Assembly (NCBI GenBank): GCA_963815195.1
Contig: CAWFGE010000017.1
Location: 288,001 to 352,000, forward strand
Direction: 5' to 3'
DNA from: an uncultured Planctomycetaceae bacterium
GTDB lineage: Bacteria > Planctomycetota > Planctomycetia > Planctomycetales > Planctomycetaceae
DNA length: 64,000 nt
Under the pieces are notes generated by a model that searched no databases, was not told where the DNA came from, and worked only from the letters and a program-made list of their open reading frames with translations. Shown piece by piece: positions 50,174-61,026 of the stretch. A program made the position numbers and the translations under genes. The first letter of the stretch is position 1. Every line of letters starts with the position of its first letter.

Positions 50174-50967
50174 CCATTGCTTCCTTCACGCTGGCTGTTG
50201 GGAGAATCTCCGATCCGCGTTCGCCCGAAAAACTCGGGGAACGTCGGCCAACGCGTGGGCGCAGGATTGAGCGTTACGAAAAGCAGGCGAGGCGTGGAAG
50301 ACAAATCCCAACCGGGGAGGAAGTCCGGCGGACCGCAATCGCCCGCTGGTGTCCCGTCCCCCTGGCGGAACGATGCATCGTCTCGGCGCGGGCGTTGCCA
50401 GGGGTCCAGCGACCCGCGGGCAAAGCCCGAAACAATGCCTCTCCTTGCTCCCGGATGGATTCCGCCGGACGAAATGGCTTCGTCCGCCGGAACCGCGCGG
50501 GCGGGTGCAGTGTGTTTTCCAGCCGGCTCGGAGGCTCTGGGGTGTCTTCGTTCTGAAGAACCGCACAGACCGCTTGCGAACCGCCCTTCAGTGACGGGGA
50601 CGCTGCCGAGGCGGAGCTTTCCAGGCTTTTGGCCCAGAAACACGCCGCCAACACGCAGACCGCCGCCAACACACTCACGCACCACGGACAGCGAGACACG
50701 AAAGGAATGGTTGGGAGAGAGGATTGATTGTCACCGTGTACCATCGTAGTTTTCCAACGGAACCGAACGTCCGCTTTTCGTTTGGCATGATCCGCCCGTT
50801 CTCATCGAAAGGGCGCAATCACACCGCTCTGCTCCTGGCCTAGAGGCGACCCGGAGATTCCAAAACAGGGATTGACCAATGGGTAAAAATAAGATTTGTG
50901 GGAGACAATTTGAGGGAACGAGAACCATCCCCGAAAACCGCCTCCCAGCAAAACGAGTTAGGAGTGT

Positions 50968-50995
50968 ATCGTACCACCGGGATTTTGCGGGTCAA
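50968..50995 (-). promoter_or_regulatory. Putative sigma70 promoter facing rny
   Basis: Minus strand TTGACC-N16-TACGAT with TG extension. Confidence 0.45.
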
Positions 50996-51130
50996 CCAAT
51001 CCCGGGGATTCTCTGAGAGAATCTGTCAAGATGGTTCTTCGCGGGAATGTCGGATTTTTCGCAGATTTCCCATCATCCGCGCAGCGGCCCGGAAAAAAGG
51101 ACGGCGGACTGGCGCGGCGAGTCAGAAGAT

Positions 51131-51343
51131 CTACTTGGCCGCCCCGTTTTCGGAAATCGTCCCCCAGGCCGCGAAGACTTTGTCGTCGGCTTTGTCGGAG
51201 AGGAAACGAACTTCCCCGTCCACGAAGGCCGCCATGCCGCCGCCGGGATGGATGCCGCCGAATTGTCCGGGGATCCCGATCGGCGCTTGAGCATTGGATT
51301 CAAAGGCCCGCGTCGTCGCCGGCCCGCCCGCGAGCCAGCCGAC
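51131..51343 (-). pseudogene. C-terminal remnant of a DUF1559-type protein (H-X9-DG-CTERM motif)
   Basis: Manual translation VGWLAGGPATTRAF...QFGGIHPGGGMAAFVDGEVRFLSD...; in-frame TGA immediately upstream and no start codon before the motif. Confidence 0.7.
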
Positions 51344-51431
51344 TCAGACCAAACCGCTCGCGAACCCGCTGTTTGTCGTGCTGCTGGATGCTCATGTGAG
51401 ACCCTCCGGATGAACCAAGCCGCAACGGAAA

Positions 51432-52868
51432 TTATTTCCCGCTGCGCACGGGGTCGGCGTCGAATTCATAGACCACCTTTCCACTGACATCGTGATGCCG
51501 GAAGGCGATTTGGGGGCCGTCATTATTTTTGGAAACGGTGACGGACAGAAAGCCGCCTTTGACGCGGTGGAAGGGTTGGACTTCGGGATTGCGCGGGGGC
51601 GAGCCGCCGGCATGTTCGTTGCTCGCGGGGCCGCAGTCAAATTCGTGAAGGCCCGTTTTGGGATCGATCGACAGATATTGCCAATGCCGATCTCCGCAGC
51701 AGACGTAGAGGTTTTTGAGGTTGTGCTCGGCCGTCCAATTGCGGAAGAGATTCCCCGCCGTCGCGAAGCCGCTGTTCGAGTAGTTGTCGTTCTTGCCGCG
51801 GGGCCGGTCGGGGCCGACGATGGGCGTGGGGCTGATCAACACGCGGAAGTCGGCGTCGCTTTCCAGGATGCTCTTTAAGAGCCATTCCCGCTGCTCTTTT
51901 CCCCAGATGACCTTGTCCGGGCCGTCGGGCATATTGTTGGGCGAGCGGAAATCCCGGCCCTCGACCATCCAGATTTGCAACCCCTTGCCCCACCTGACCG
52001 TGCGATAAATCTTATCGCCCATCGGCACCTGCTCGCGGTAAATCTCCAGGCCTTCCTTGAAGGTCAGCGGATTCATCCACGGGGCGCGCATCGTCGGCCA
52101 GCAGTCGTTGCACCAGGCGTCGTGGTCGTCCTTCTCCCAATAGCCGGGAACATGTTGATGGAATTCCACATGCCGGGGGAATGAATACATTCGGTGCCAA
52201 TGATACCTCGCCAAGCCGACCGTGCGGGCTCGCGGGGCGTCGCTGTCGAGATACACGGTATCGCCCGTCGGCACGACGAAATCGGGATGGAGCTTGAGCA
52301 TCGCGGGGTAGATATTAAAGCCGTCTTTGTTATCCAGGTCCCAATAGCCCTGGCAGGAGATCACGGTGAAGGTCACGTTCTGCCATTGGTCCTTCGCGGC
52401 CGGCGTGCGGAACTCGCCTTCCAGCGATGCGATTTTCTGATCCGACGCATCGTCCCGGGCTTCCACTTTGAGCGAATAACGGGCATTCGGCTGCAAGTCC
52501 TGTAGTTGAAACTGGTGCGTAAAATCATGGTCGGCTGTCACCGCGACCCAATCGGTCGTTTTCTTGGGAGCATCTTTCATGTCCTTACGGAAATACGTCA
52601 CCCGCACTTCGCCCGCCGCTCCGGGGGCGGCTCCTTCGCGGTCTTCGATCTTGATCGGCGACGGCTCGTACTTGTTCTGCCGGGGCTCGCGTTTTTGCTC
52701 CGGCTTGATCCCATTCCAGTTTCGCTCGGCATTGCGGGTCACGCGGGTCCAGACAATCGCCGAGGTCTGCGTGACCTCGCCCACTTTAAACCCTGTCGCC
52801 ATGTGAGCCGCGCTCGCGGCATTCAGGGTGCACAAAACCATCAACGAAAAACAGATCGCTGTTCGCAT
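51432..52868 (-). CDS. Alkaline phosphatase D family protein
   Basis: Signal peptide, GEVTQTSAIVWTR, ISCQ, TGDTVYLD, KDDHD, CGDRHWQY. Confidence 0.88.
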   Translation of the reverse strand: MRTAICFSLMVLCTLNAASAAHMATGFKVGEVTQTSAIVWTRVTRNAERNWNGIKPEQKREPRQNKYEPSPIKIEDREGAAPGAAGEVRVTYFRKDMKDAPKKTTDWVAVTADHDFTHQFQLQDLQPNARYSLKVEARDDASDQKIASLEGEFRTPAAKDQWQNVTFTVISCQGYWDLDNKDGFNIYPAMLKLHPDFVVPTGDTVYLDSDAPRARTVGLARYHWHRMYSFPRHVEFHQHVPGYWEKDDHDAWCNDCWPTMRAPWMNPLTFKEGLEIYREQVPMGDKIYRTVRWGKGLQIWMVEGRDFRSPNNMPDGPDKVIWGKEQREWLLKSILESDADFRVLISPTPIVGPDRPRGKNDNYSNSGFATAGNLFRNWTAEHNLKNLYVCCGDRHWQYLSIDPKTGLHEFDCGPASNEHAGGSPPRNPEVQPFHRVKGGFLSVTVSKNNDGPQIAFRHHDVSGKVVYEFDADPVRSGK

Positions 52869-52961
52869 CGAAACTCTCCCGGAATGAAACATCTTAGAAA
52901 GCGTGGAAGGGCCTATTATAACCAATCAGGCGAACGCACAGACAGAAATGTCCGGGCCGCG

Positions 52962-53123
52962 TCAATCCGCGTCTTCGGTGTCGCGGGTGTCGATCTCCAG
53001 CGGGCCTTTGAGATCCTCCATCTCCACCGGCGGCAGGAGCAGCACCTTGGTGATGCAGTACCCGAACAGCGCCAGCACCGCGCTCACCGACGTCAACATC
53101 ACCAGCCAGGCCCAGAACGTCAT
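52962..53123 (-). CDS. Small single-TM protein coupled to NSS transporter (MetS-like small subunit)
   Basis: [28 protein letters not shown]...; ATGA overlap with transporter stop. Confidence 0.7.
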   Translation of the reverse strand: MTFWAWLVMLTSVSAVLALFGYCITKVLLLPPVEMEDLKGPLEIDTRDTEDAD

Positions 53124-54832
53124 CGCGTGCCCTCCGCGGTCTTCGGGTTGGACGGGGAGTCTCCATAGGTCAGCCGGCCGTCTTTCTCCCAACGCCGGCC
53201 TGCGATATGCACCATCAACAACAAGAACCCCAGCACCAATAGGATGAAACCGATCGTGCCTTGGGCCACCGGCTTTTCAGAAATGGATTTCACATAAGCC
53301 GGCACGTTGTTGATGGCGAAACCGATGAAGATCGTCAGCAGATACACGGGCACGACGTATTTCAGCATGTACTGCACAAACCGCGGAATGCGAATGTGTG
53401 CCCCGCGGTGGGCTTCTTCGTCGCCCCTCTCGATGCCCAGCACCCAGCCGTAGAGAATCGCCTGGATCATTGCCAGGACAAAGATCAACACGCTGCCCAC
53501 CCAGAAATCCATGGTGTCGAGTGCCGTGAGATTCTTGGAAAAGTAGAGAATGAACCCGCTGCCGAGGGCGGTGATCAATCCCAAAAGAGCGGCGGAGGCG
53601 TGGCGCTTCAACCCAAACCCTTCTTCCAAAAACGCAATGACGGGCTGCAGCATGGACACGCTGCTGGTGATCGCCGCGATGAACAGCATAAAGAACCAGA
53701 GGAAACCGAAGACCCGTCCCCCCGGCATCTGGGCAAACACATTGGGCAAGGCGTTGAACCCCAGCCCGAATGTACTTTGTTCCCCCGCGGCAACTCCCAG
53801 GAAAATAAACGCGGCGGGAATCGTGATCAGCCCGCCCAGGCAGACTTCGATGAACTCGTTGACGCTGCTGGAAGTCAAACCGCTGAGGACAACATCGTCC
53901 CGCTCGCTCAAATAGCTCGCGTAATTGATGATGATTCCAAACCCCACCGAAAGACTGAAAAAGATCTGCCCCGATGCGGCCAGCCAGGTTTGCGGGTCGA
54001 GCAGCTTCTCGGGCTCGGGATTCCACATGAAGTTCAAACCGGCGAGCACCGATTGGTCGGGCTTGTCGGGATTCGGAGCCCCCAATGTCAAGACGCGCAC
54101 CAATACGATGAGGGCGAGCACGATCATTACGGGCATCGCGATCCGGCAGAAGGATTCGATGCCCTTGGTCACGCCGCGGTAGATCAAGAAGAAATTGAAC
54201 AGGAACACGCCCACGAGCACCCACAGCCATCGGCCGCCGTGCCCGCCCAGCGCGAAACCGTTCTGGTTGTTGCCGACGAAGTTATCGAAAAATGTGCCGA
54301 ACCCCGTGGCCGCGGCGTCGGCGTCGGACAGGGGCGTCTTCGCCTGCGCTTGAGCTTGGTCGATCAAGGTGTCGATTTCGCCGCCGCCGCCGATCATCAA
54401 ATCGCCCGACAGGTAATTGAAGGCATACCCCAGGCACCAGGCTTCGATCAGGACGTAATACATATAGATCATCAGCGGCATGAGGAGCGCGACGGCCCCG
54501 AGGTACTTGGCATACGGGTGCCGCCAGATTGTGGAGTAAATCCCCGGGGCGGAATTAAACCCCTTGGTGCCCCCGTAGCGGCCCATCGTCCATTCCGCCC
54601 AGCACAAGGGGATGCCCAGCACCAGCAGGGAGACGAAGTAGGGCAGCATGAAGGCCCCGCCGCCGTGTTGGGCGGCTTGGCCCGGGAACCTCAGAAAATT
54701 CCCCAGGCCGACCGCGGAGCCGGCGACGGCGAGAATCACGCCGATCCGGGATCCCCATTGTTCGCCCGAACGTGCCGCGGGCGGGTTCGATTCGCGAGCC
54801 AAGTCGATTCCTCCTCCGATTTCGCCTGCCAT
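53120..54832 (-). CDS. Sodium-dependent transporter, NSS/SNF (LeuT-like) family
   Basis: EQWGSRIG...[39 protein letters not shown]. Confidence 0.95.
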   Translation of the reverse strand: MAGEIGGGIDLARESNPPAARSGEQWGSRIGVILAVAGSAVGLGNFLRFPGQAAQHGGGAFMLPYFVSLLVLGIPLCWAEWTMGRYGGTKGFNSAPGIYSTIWRHPYAKYLGAVALLMPLMIYMYYVLIEAWCLGYAFNYLSGDLMIGGGGEIDTLIDQAQAQAKTPLSDADAAATGFGTFFDNFVGNNQNGFALGGHGGRWLWVLVGVFLFNFFLIYRGVTKGIESFCRIAMPVMIVLALIVLVRVLTLGAPNPDKPDQSVLAGLNFMWNPEPEKLLDPQTWLAASGQIFFSLSVGFGIIINYASYLSERDDVVLSGLTSSSVNEFIEVCLGGLITIPAAFIFLGVAAGEQSTFGLGFNALPNVFAQMPGGRVFGFLWFFMLFIAAITSSVSMLQPVIAFLEEGFGLKRHASAALLGLITALGSGFILYFSKNLTALDTMDFWVGSVLIFVLAMIQAILYGWVLGIERGDEEAHRGAHIRIPRFVQYMLKYVVPVYLLTIFIGFAINNVPAYVKSISEKPVAQGTIGFILLVLGFLLLMVHIAGRRWEKDGRLTYGDSPSNPKTAEGTR

Positions 54833-55034
54833 TTTTGCCAGCCCGAACCGCAAGCGAGGGAAATTCGAATTCCTCCCTTGCGGTTTGGGCTGGTCTGAAC
54901 TGGAGCCAAGGGAATGGGCGGAAATACCCCATCAGCGAGCGCCGGGACGGAACGAATATACCAGCCAACACTTTAAGGCGAAACCGCGGCGCGGGAATTC
55001 TCTCCGAAGAACCCCGTTGCAAACTTTTTCCGGC

Positions 55035-55060
55035 TTTTTCACAATTTCGGTTGTCAAAAA
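55035..55060. promoter_or_regulatory. Palindromic candidate operator upstream of SufR-like gene
   Basis: tttttcacaa-tttcgg-ttgtcaaaaa: 10-bp arms, one mismatch, 6-bp spacer. Confidence 0.55.
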
Positions 55061-55145
55061 TGCGGAAAGTCTCTAAAATTCCCTGGAAATGAATGAGTTC
55101 AGACTTCGGCCGCAGGATGCCCACCGAAGAGGAACATGATTATCT

Positions 55146-55775
55146 ATGAAACCCACACTCGACCCTCAGGATCGCGATTTTCTCGACCGGCTGAACCGGA
55201 TCGGAAGTGGAACAGTCCAAGAGATTTGCGACGAATTGGGGGTGACGGCCACGGCGGTTCGGCAACGGCTGCTCCGGCTACAAAACCTGAACTTCGTCGG
55301 CAGAAAAGCGGTCCGCCGCGGTCGTGGTCGGCCGTTCCACGCGTATTCGGTCACCGAGACCGGGCAGCGGGAGCTCGGCGACAATTATTCCGACCTCGCG
55401 ATGATTCTCTGGCGGGAACTTCGGCAAATTGAAGACCCCCGTGTGCGGGAACTGGTTTTCGAGCGGATTCGCGAAGCCCTGGTCTCAAAATATGGACATC
55501 TCGTCCAGGCCGACACCTTGGACGAGCGGTTTCGGCAACTGGGCAAGGTGCTGTCCGACCGGGGTTTCCATGTGGAAGTGGACAACACGGGCCAATTGCC
55601 TATCCTCCGGGAGAACAATTGCCCGTACCTGGAGCTGGCCCATTCGGACCCCGCGATTTGCGAACTGGAGAAAGAAGTCTTCCGCGAAGTCCTCGGCTCG
55701 GAAGTGGAACTCACGCAGTGCTGCCTGGACGGCCACTCCTGCTGCGAGTTTCAGCCCGCGGCGGCGGAACGTTAA
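55146..55775 (+). CDS. sufR: SufR-like winged-HTH transcriptional regulator
   Basis: ELGVTATAVRQRL, RGRGRP...YSVTETG, C-terminal ENNCPY...ICELE...CCLDGHSCCEF; heads the suf cluster. Confidence 0.75.
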   Translation: MKPTLDPQDRDFLDRLNRIGSGTVQEICDELGVTATAVRQRLLRLQNLNFVGRKAVRRGRGRPFHAYSVTETGQRELGDNYSDLAMILWRELRQIEDPRVRELVFERIREALVSKYGHLVQADTLDERFRQLGKVLSDRGFHVEVDNTGQLPILRENNCPYLELAHSDPAICELEKEVFREVLGSEVELTQCCLDGHSCCEFQPAAAER

Positions 55776-55958
55776 AGGCGAGCAGACCAACCTTCGGTCG
55801 GTGCCCGCATAAGCCCCATGATCCGAAACAACAAATTCTAACACTCGAACGCGATAGACCAACACCGTGCGTTGCACCCAGATTGAATCCTGCTAAATTG
55901 GCGTGACATCTGCATTTGGGCAGTGTCTTTTGTCACTATTTTCACCGGAACCACATCG

Positions 55959-56510
55959 ATGACCTGGATCGAAGGACGATTTGAAGAAAACGTCATCACC
56001 ACCACCCTCGAACAGGGGATGAACTGGGCCAAGCAGTCCAGCATTTGGCCCATGACGTTTGGGTTGGCGTGTTGTGCGATTGAAATGATGGCCACCGGCG
56101 CGAGCCGGTACGATTTGGACCGCTTCGGCGCGGGCGCCTTTCGGGCGACGCCCCGGCAGGCGGATTTGATGATCGTCGCCGGCACGGTCACGTTCAAAAT
56201 GGCCAGCCGGGTCCGCCGGCTCTGGGAGCAAATGCCCGACCCGAAATACGTGATCGCGATGGGGGCCTGCACCGTGGGCGGCGGGCCGTACTTCAAACAT
56301 GGCTACCACGTCGTCAAAGGCGTGGATTTGGTGGTCCCCGTGGATGTGTACGTCCCCGGCTGCCCGCCGCGACCGGAAGCCCTCTTGGAAGGCATCATGC
56401 GGATTCAGGACAAGATCAAAGCCCACAAAATCACCAAAGGCGAAGAGCACCTGCCCGTCCCGCACCACAGCGGCTACGCCCAAATCCCCGAAGTGGCGCT
56501 GGATGTTTAA
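55959..56510 (+). CDS. nuoB: NADH-quinone oxidoreductase subunit B homolog, solitary
   Basis: [49 protein letters not shown]. Confidence 0.93.
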   Translation: MTWIEGRFEENVITTTLEQGMNWAKQSSIWPMTFGLACCAIEMMATGASRYDLDRFGAGAFRATPRQADLMIVAGTVTFKMASRVRRLWEQMPDPKYVIAMGACTVGGGPYFKHGYHVVKGVDLVVPVDVYVPGCPPRPEALLEGIMRIQDKIKAHKITKGEEHLPVPHHSGYAQIPEVALDV

Positions 56511-56535
56511 ATAGAGCATTCGCGCCACAATCCCT

Positions 56536-56587
56536 CCCCAGCCGACGACTTGTCGTCGGTGTTCGACCGCAAGCGGTCGGCTTGGGG
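56536..56587. repeat. REP-like hairpin doublet, copy 1 (nuoB-sufC)
   Basis: ccgacgacttgtcgtcgg ... cgaccgcaagcggtcg. Confidence 0.85.
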
Positions 56588-56626
56588 AATCTGTCTCTCG
56601 ATCGACAACGAATAACGCGGAAGATT

Positions 56627-57445
56627 ATGTCCAAAAGCACCCTCACAGTTGAAGAACTCCACGTCGCCGTCGCCGGCAAGCCGATTTTGAAGGGCGTCAA
56701 CCTCCAAATCCGCCAAGGCGAAGTGCATGCCCTCATGGGACCCAACGGCTCCGGCAAAAGCACCTTGGCTTACGCCCTCGTTGGCCATCCGCGGTACGAG
56801 ATCACCGCCGGCAAAGTCACCATCGACGACACCGACGTTCTCGAACTCGATCCCAACGAACGCGCCCGGCTGGGCATGTTTTTGGCGTTTCAATATCCGG
56901 TGACGATCCCCGGCGTCAAAGTGGCCGACTTTTTAAGGCACGCCGTCTCCAATGTGAGAAACCCCGAACGCAAAGAAGGCGAGAACCTCATCGCCATGCG
57001 GGAGTTTCGCAAAGAACTCCGGGAACGCATGGACGAACTCGGCATGCCTTTGGAATTTGCCCGGCGGTACTTGAACGAAGGCTTCTCCGGCGGCGAGAAG
57101 AAGCGGATGGAGATTTTGCAGATGGCGATGCTCAAGCCGCGGTTTGCGTTCCTGGATGAGACCGACAGCGGCCTGGACACCGACGCGGTCAATGTCGTCA
57201 GCGAAGGCGTGCAGCGGCTCGCCGGCCCGAACGACATGGGCGTGTTGATCATCACCCACCACGATCGGCTGCTTCAATACAACGTGCCGCAGTTCACGCA
57301 TGTGATGCTCGCCGGCCGGATTGTGGAGACCGGCGATGCGGAACTCGCCCACGAACTGCACGGCAAAGGCTACGCCGGCGTAAGAGAACGCCACCCCGAT
57401 GCCGCCGCCGAGCAACAGGAAGCAGAAGCCGTTACCACACCGTAA
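56627..57445 (+). CDS. sufC: Fe-S assembly ATPase SufC
   Basis: MGPNGSGKSTL, FLAFQYP, NEGFSGGEKKR, LDETDSGLD, ITHH. Confidence 0.97.
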   Translation: MSKSTLTVEELHVAVAGKPILKGVNLQIRQGEVHALMGPNGSGKSTLAYALVGHPRYEITAGKVTIDDTDVLELDPNERARLGMFLAFQYPVTIPGVKVADFLRHAVSNVRNPERKEGENLIAMREFRKELRERMDELGMPLEFARRYLNEGFSGGEKKRMEILQMAMLKPRFAFLDETDSGLDTDAVNVVSEGVQRLAGPNDMGVLIITHHDRLLQYNVPQFTHVMLAGRIVETGDAELAHELHGKGYAGVRERHPDAAAEQQEAEAVTTP

Positions 57446-57451
57446 CCTCTT

Positions 57452-57500
57452 CCCAAGCCGACGACTTGTCGTCGGACCGACCGCAAGCGGTCGGCTTGGG
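57452..57500. repeat. REP-like hairpin doublet, copy 2 (sufC-sufB)
   Basis: cccaagccgacgacttgtcgtcggaccgaccgcaagcggtcggcttggg. Confidence 0.88.
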
Positions 57501-57550
57501 TTTCGTTTGAGCAAAGAGAATTATCCCCAAACCTTGGGAGAACTTAAACC

Positions 57551-58956
57551 GTGTCCACAGTTGAAAAAGATGTTGCGATTGGCGAATACCAGTATGGTTT
57601 CCACGATCCCATCGACAAGTATATTTTCCGCGGCCAAAAGGGGCTGAACCGCGATGTGGTCGCCGCGATCTCCGCGATCAAGAATGAGCCGGACTGGATG
57701 CGGCAATTCCGTCTGGACTCGCTGGAAACCTTTTTCCAAAAGCCGATGCCCACCTGGGGCGGCGACATGAGCCATCTGGATTTCCAAGACATCTACTACT
57801 ATGTCCGGGCGTCCGACAAGCAGGAAAAGTCTTGGGACGAGGTGCCCGACGACATCCGCAAAACCTACGACCGCCTGGGCATTCCCGAAGCCGAGAAAAA
57901 ATACCTAGCCGGCGTCAAGGCCCAATACGAATCCGAAGTGGTTTACGGCAGCCTGCAGGAAGATCTTTCCAAGCAGGGCGTAATCTTTACCGACACCGAC
58001 TCCGCCCTCCGCGAGCACGAAGACCTGTTCCGCGAATACTTCGGCACGATCATCCCGCCGTCGGACAACAAGTTCGCAGCGCTCAACTCGGCCGTGTGGT
58101 CGGGCGGATCGTTCATTTACATCCCGCCGGGCGTGGAGATCGAGTTCCCGCTGCAAGCCTACTTCCGCATCAACTCGGAGAACATGGGCCAGTTCGAGCG
58201 GACCTTGATCATCGTCGATGAAGGCGCGAAAGTGCACTACGTCGAAGGCTGTACCGCCCCGACTTATAGCTCCGAAAGCCTGCACTCGGCGGTGGTGGAG
58301 ATCATCGTCAAGAAAAATGCCCGCTGCCGCTATACGACCATCCAAAACTGGTCCTCGAACGTGTATAACCTCGTTACCAAGCGGGCGATGGCTTACGGCG
58401 ATTCGCTGATGGAATGGGTGGACGGGAACCTGGGTTCCCGGCTCACGATGAAGTACCCGGCCATCTATTTGATGGAACCGGGCGCCCGCGGCGAGACGTT
58501 GTCCATCGCGTTTGCGGGCAAAGGCCAGCATCAGGATGCCGGGGCCAAGATGGTCCACTGCGCCCGAACACCTCGAGCCGGATTGTCTCGAAGAGCATCT
58601 CCAAAGACGGCGGCCGGTCGAGCTATCGCGGGCTGGTCAAAATCAACCACGATGCGAAGCACTCGAAATCCAACGTCGTCTGCGATGCGTTGATTCTGGA
58701 TTCCCACAGCCGCTCGGACACCTATCCTTATATCGAAGTCGATGAAAACGATGTGGCCATCGAGCACGAAGCCAGCGTCTCCAAGATCGCGGAAGAGCAA
58801 TTGTTCTACCTGATGAGCCGGGGCCTGTCGGAAGCGGAGGCCTCGTCGATGATCGTCACCGGCTTTATCGAGCCGTTGGTCAAAGAACTCCCGATGGAAT
58901 ATGCCGTCGAAATGAACCGCCTGATCGAGCTGCAAATGGAAGGCTCGGTCGGCTAG
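57551..58956 (+). CDS. sufB: Fe-S assembly protein SufB; apparent frameshift near 58565
   Basis: [31 protein letters not shown]; second frame [35 protein letters not shown]. Confidence 0.97.
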
Positions 58957-58974
58957 GCGAATTGAGATCAACAA

Positions 58975-59042
58975 CCCAAGCCGACGACTTGTCGTCGCGC
59001 AAACTCAATTTGCGTGAACCGACGACAAGTCGTCGGCTTGGG
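58975..59042. repeat. REP-like hairpin doublet, copy 3 (sufB-sufD)
   Basis: cccaagccgacgacttgtcgtcg ... ccgacgacaagtcgtcggcttggg. Confidence 0.88.
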
Positions 59043-59068
59043 GTTCAAATTCGAATGCAAAACTCAAA

Positions 59069-60462
59069 ATGAATACAACCACGATGGAAACCGCTGTCAC
59101 GCTTCCCGCCACCTTTGACGAACAGGCTTTCGAGAGATTTCTCGCAGGCCGGGATGAGCCGGGGTGGGTCACGGATGCGCGCCGCAAGGCATTTCTCGTC
59201 TTTCAAGAGAAATCCGCCGCCCCACTCGATCCCGAAGAGTGGAAGCGGGTGGATTTGCGGACATTTCGACCCGCAAACTTCCACCTCGAATCCGCATCCT
59301 CGTCCGCGACTTCCTTCAAGACCTTGATGCAACACCGGGGCGAGTTCGCGGGGCATGTCACGCATGTGGACGGCCGGTGTTCGCAGTCGGATTTGGCGGA
59401 GGACCTCAAAGCGAAGGGTGTGCTATTCGGCAATCTGGCCGATCTGGTGCACGAACACCGCGAGATCATCGAACCGCATCTGCAGAAGCGGGCGGTGGCG
59501 ATGGAGACGGACCGCTTTTCCGCCTGGCACGCCGCGTTCTGGACCGGGGGCACGCTGCTCTTTGTGCCGCGGAACGTGGAGATCGTCGAACCCCTCTACA
59601 GTTTGATTGCCCTCTCGCAGGCCGGGCAAACGGATCTCAGCCATACGCTGGTGATTCTGGAAGATGGGGCCTCGGCCACGCTATTGGAAGAAACCGCGTC
59701 CGCTGATGAAACGAGTCCGGGACTGCACTTGGGAGCGGTGGAACTGCTCGTCGGCCGGGAAGCCCGCTTGCGGTATGTGCAGCTTCAAAACTGGAACGAA
59801 AAGACCTATCACATCGCCCATCAAGCCGGGCGGGTGGAGTCCAGCGGTTTTCTGCAATGGACCGTGGGCGGCCTGGGGGCGAGGCTGGCTCATATTCATC
59901 AGGATGTGAGCCTGGACGGCCGGGGCGCGGAAGCCGAGGTCAATGGCGTGACCTTCGCCACGGGAAGACAACTCCTCTCCTACTACACCAAGCAGGCCCA
60001 CAACGCCCCCAACACGCGGAGCGATCTTCTTTATAAGGAAGTGCTTCGCGACCGCTCGCGAGTGATCTGGCGGGGCATGATCCGCGTGGAACCCGAAGCC
60101 CAGCAGACCGACGGCTACCAAAGAAGTGCAGCCTTGCTGTTGAGTCCCGATGCCCGTTGCGATTCGGTCCCGGGCCTGGAAATCGAAGCCGACGATGTCC
60201 GCTGCACGCACGCGGCGACGGCGGGCCGGGTCGATGAGGAAGAAATCTTCTACTGCATGTGCCGGGGCATGACGGAATATGAAGCCATGCACATCATCGT
60301 CGAGGGCTTCTTCCACGAAATCTACGACCGCATCCCCATCGAAACACCCCACAAACCCGCCGGGCGAACGGAGAGGATGAGGTCTTCAACGAGACACACG
60401 CCGGCATCGTGCGGGCCACCTTGAGCCATGCGGTCGAGACGAAGCTGGGCATCGGCAACTGA
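59069..60462 (+). CDS. sufD: Fe-S assembly protein SufD; 62-nt out-of-frame segment near 3' end
   Basis: EEWKRVD, SDLLYK, QQTDGYQ, PGLEIEADDVRCTHAAT; probable native tail IVRATLSHAVETKLGIGN at 60406-60462. Confidence 0.92.
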
Positions 60463-60608
60463 AGTGTGATCTTCGCTAGCGATTTAATTGGTATCCATGT
60501 GAGGATGGAGGTTAGAGGTTGGAGATTGGAAAAGGCAAAAGACATGCGACCTCCAACCTCTATCTTCCATCCTCATTCCATTAGCAGTAGAAGCGGAAGA
60601 TTCTAAAG

Positions 60609-60920
60609 ATGTCGGACTGGGAACGAATCGCCGGGGTGGAGGAACTCGCCCCCGGCGGGCGGAAATCGGTGGTGGTGGATGAACTGCCCGCGCTCCTGTT
60701 GCGGATCGGCGACGAGTACTTCTGCATCGAAGACACCTGCACCCACGATGGGCAGGCGATGACCAACGGGCCGGTCGAGGATCACGAAATCACCTGCCCC
60801 CGGCACGGCGCGCGGTTCGACATTCGCACCGGCAAAGCGTTGTGCATGCCCGCCACCGAACCGATCGAGACCTTTGAATTGGACATCCGCGACGACGGCA
60901 TCTATGCCCGCCCGTCTTGA
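60609..60920 (+). CDS. Rieske [2Fe-2S] ferredoxin
   Basis: CTHD...CPRHGARFDIRTG. Confidence 0.95.
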   Translation: MSDWERIAGVEELAPGGRKSVVVDELPALLLRIGDEYFCIEDTCTHDGQAMTNGPVEDHEITCPRHGARFDIRTGKALCMPATEPIETFELDIRDDGIYARPS

Positions 60921-61026
60921 GCGGATACAATCGAAATCGATTGGAATCAGTACGCAAATATTGGCAGAGAGAATCATGGGGCTGACGCCCCACGCTCGCC
61001 GAGTGCAGTTTTGGGAGTAACTTGAC

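Noticed and set aside
50314..50460. gaggaagtccgg as the start of RNase P RNA
   Set aside because: Resembles GAGGAAAGUCC, but the other conserved RNase P regions are not found on the same strand
50174..50960. 6S RNA upstream of rny
   Set aside because: Position is suggestive, but I could not identify the long rod with central bubble; needs cmscan
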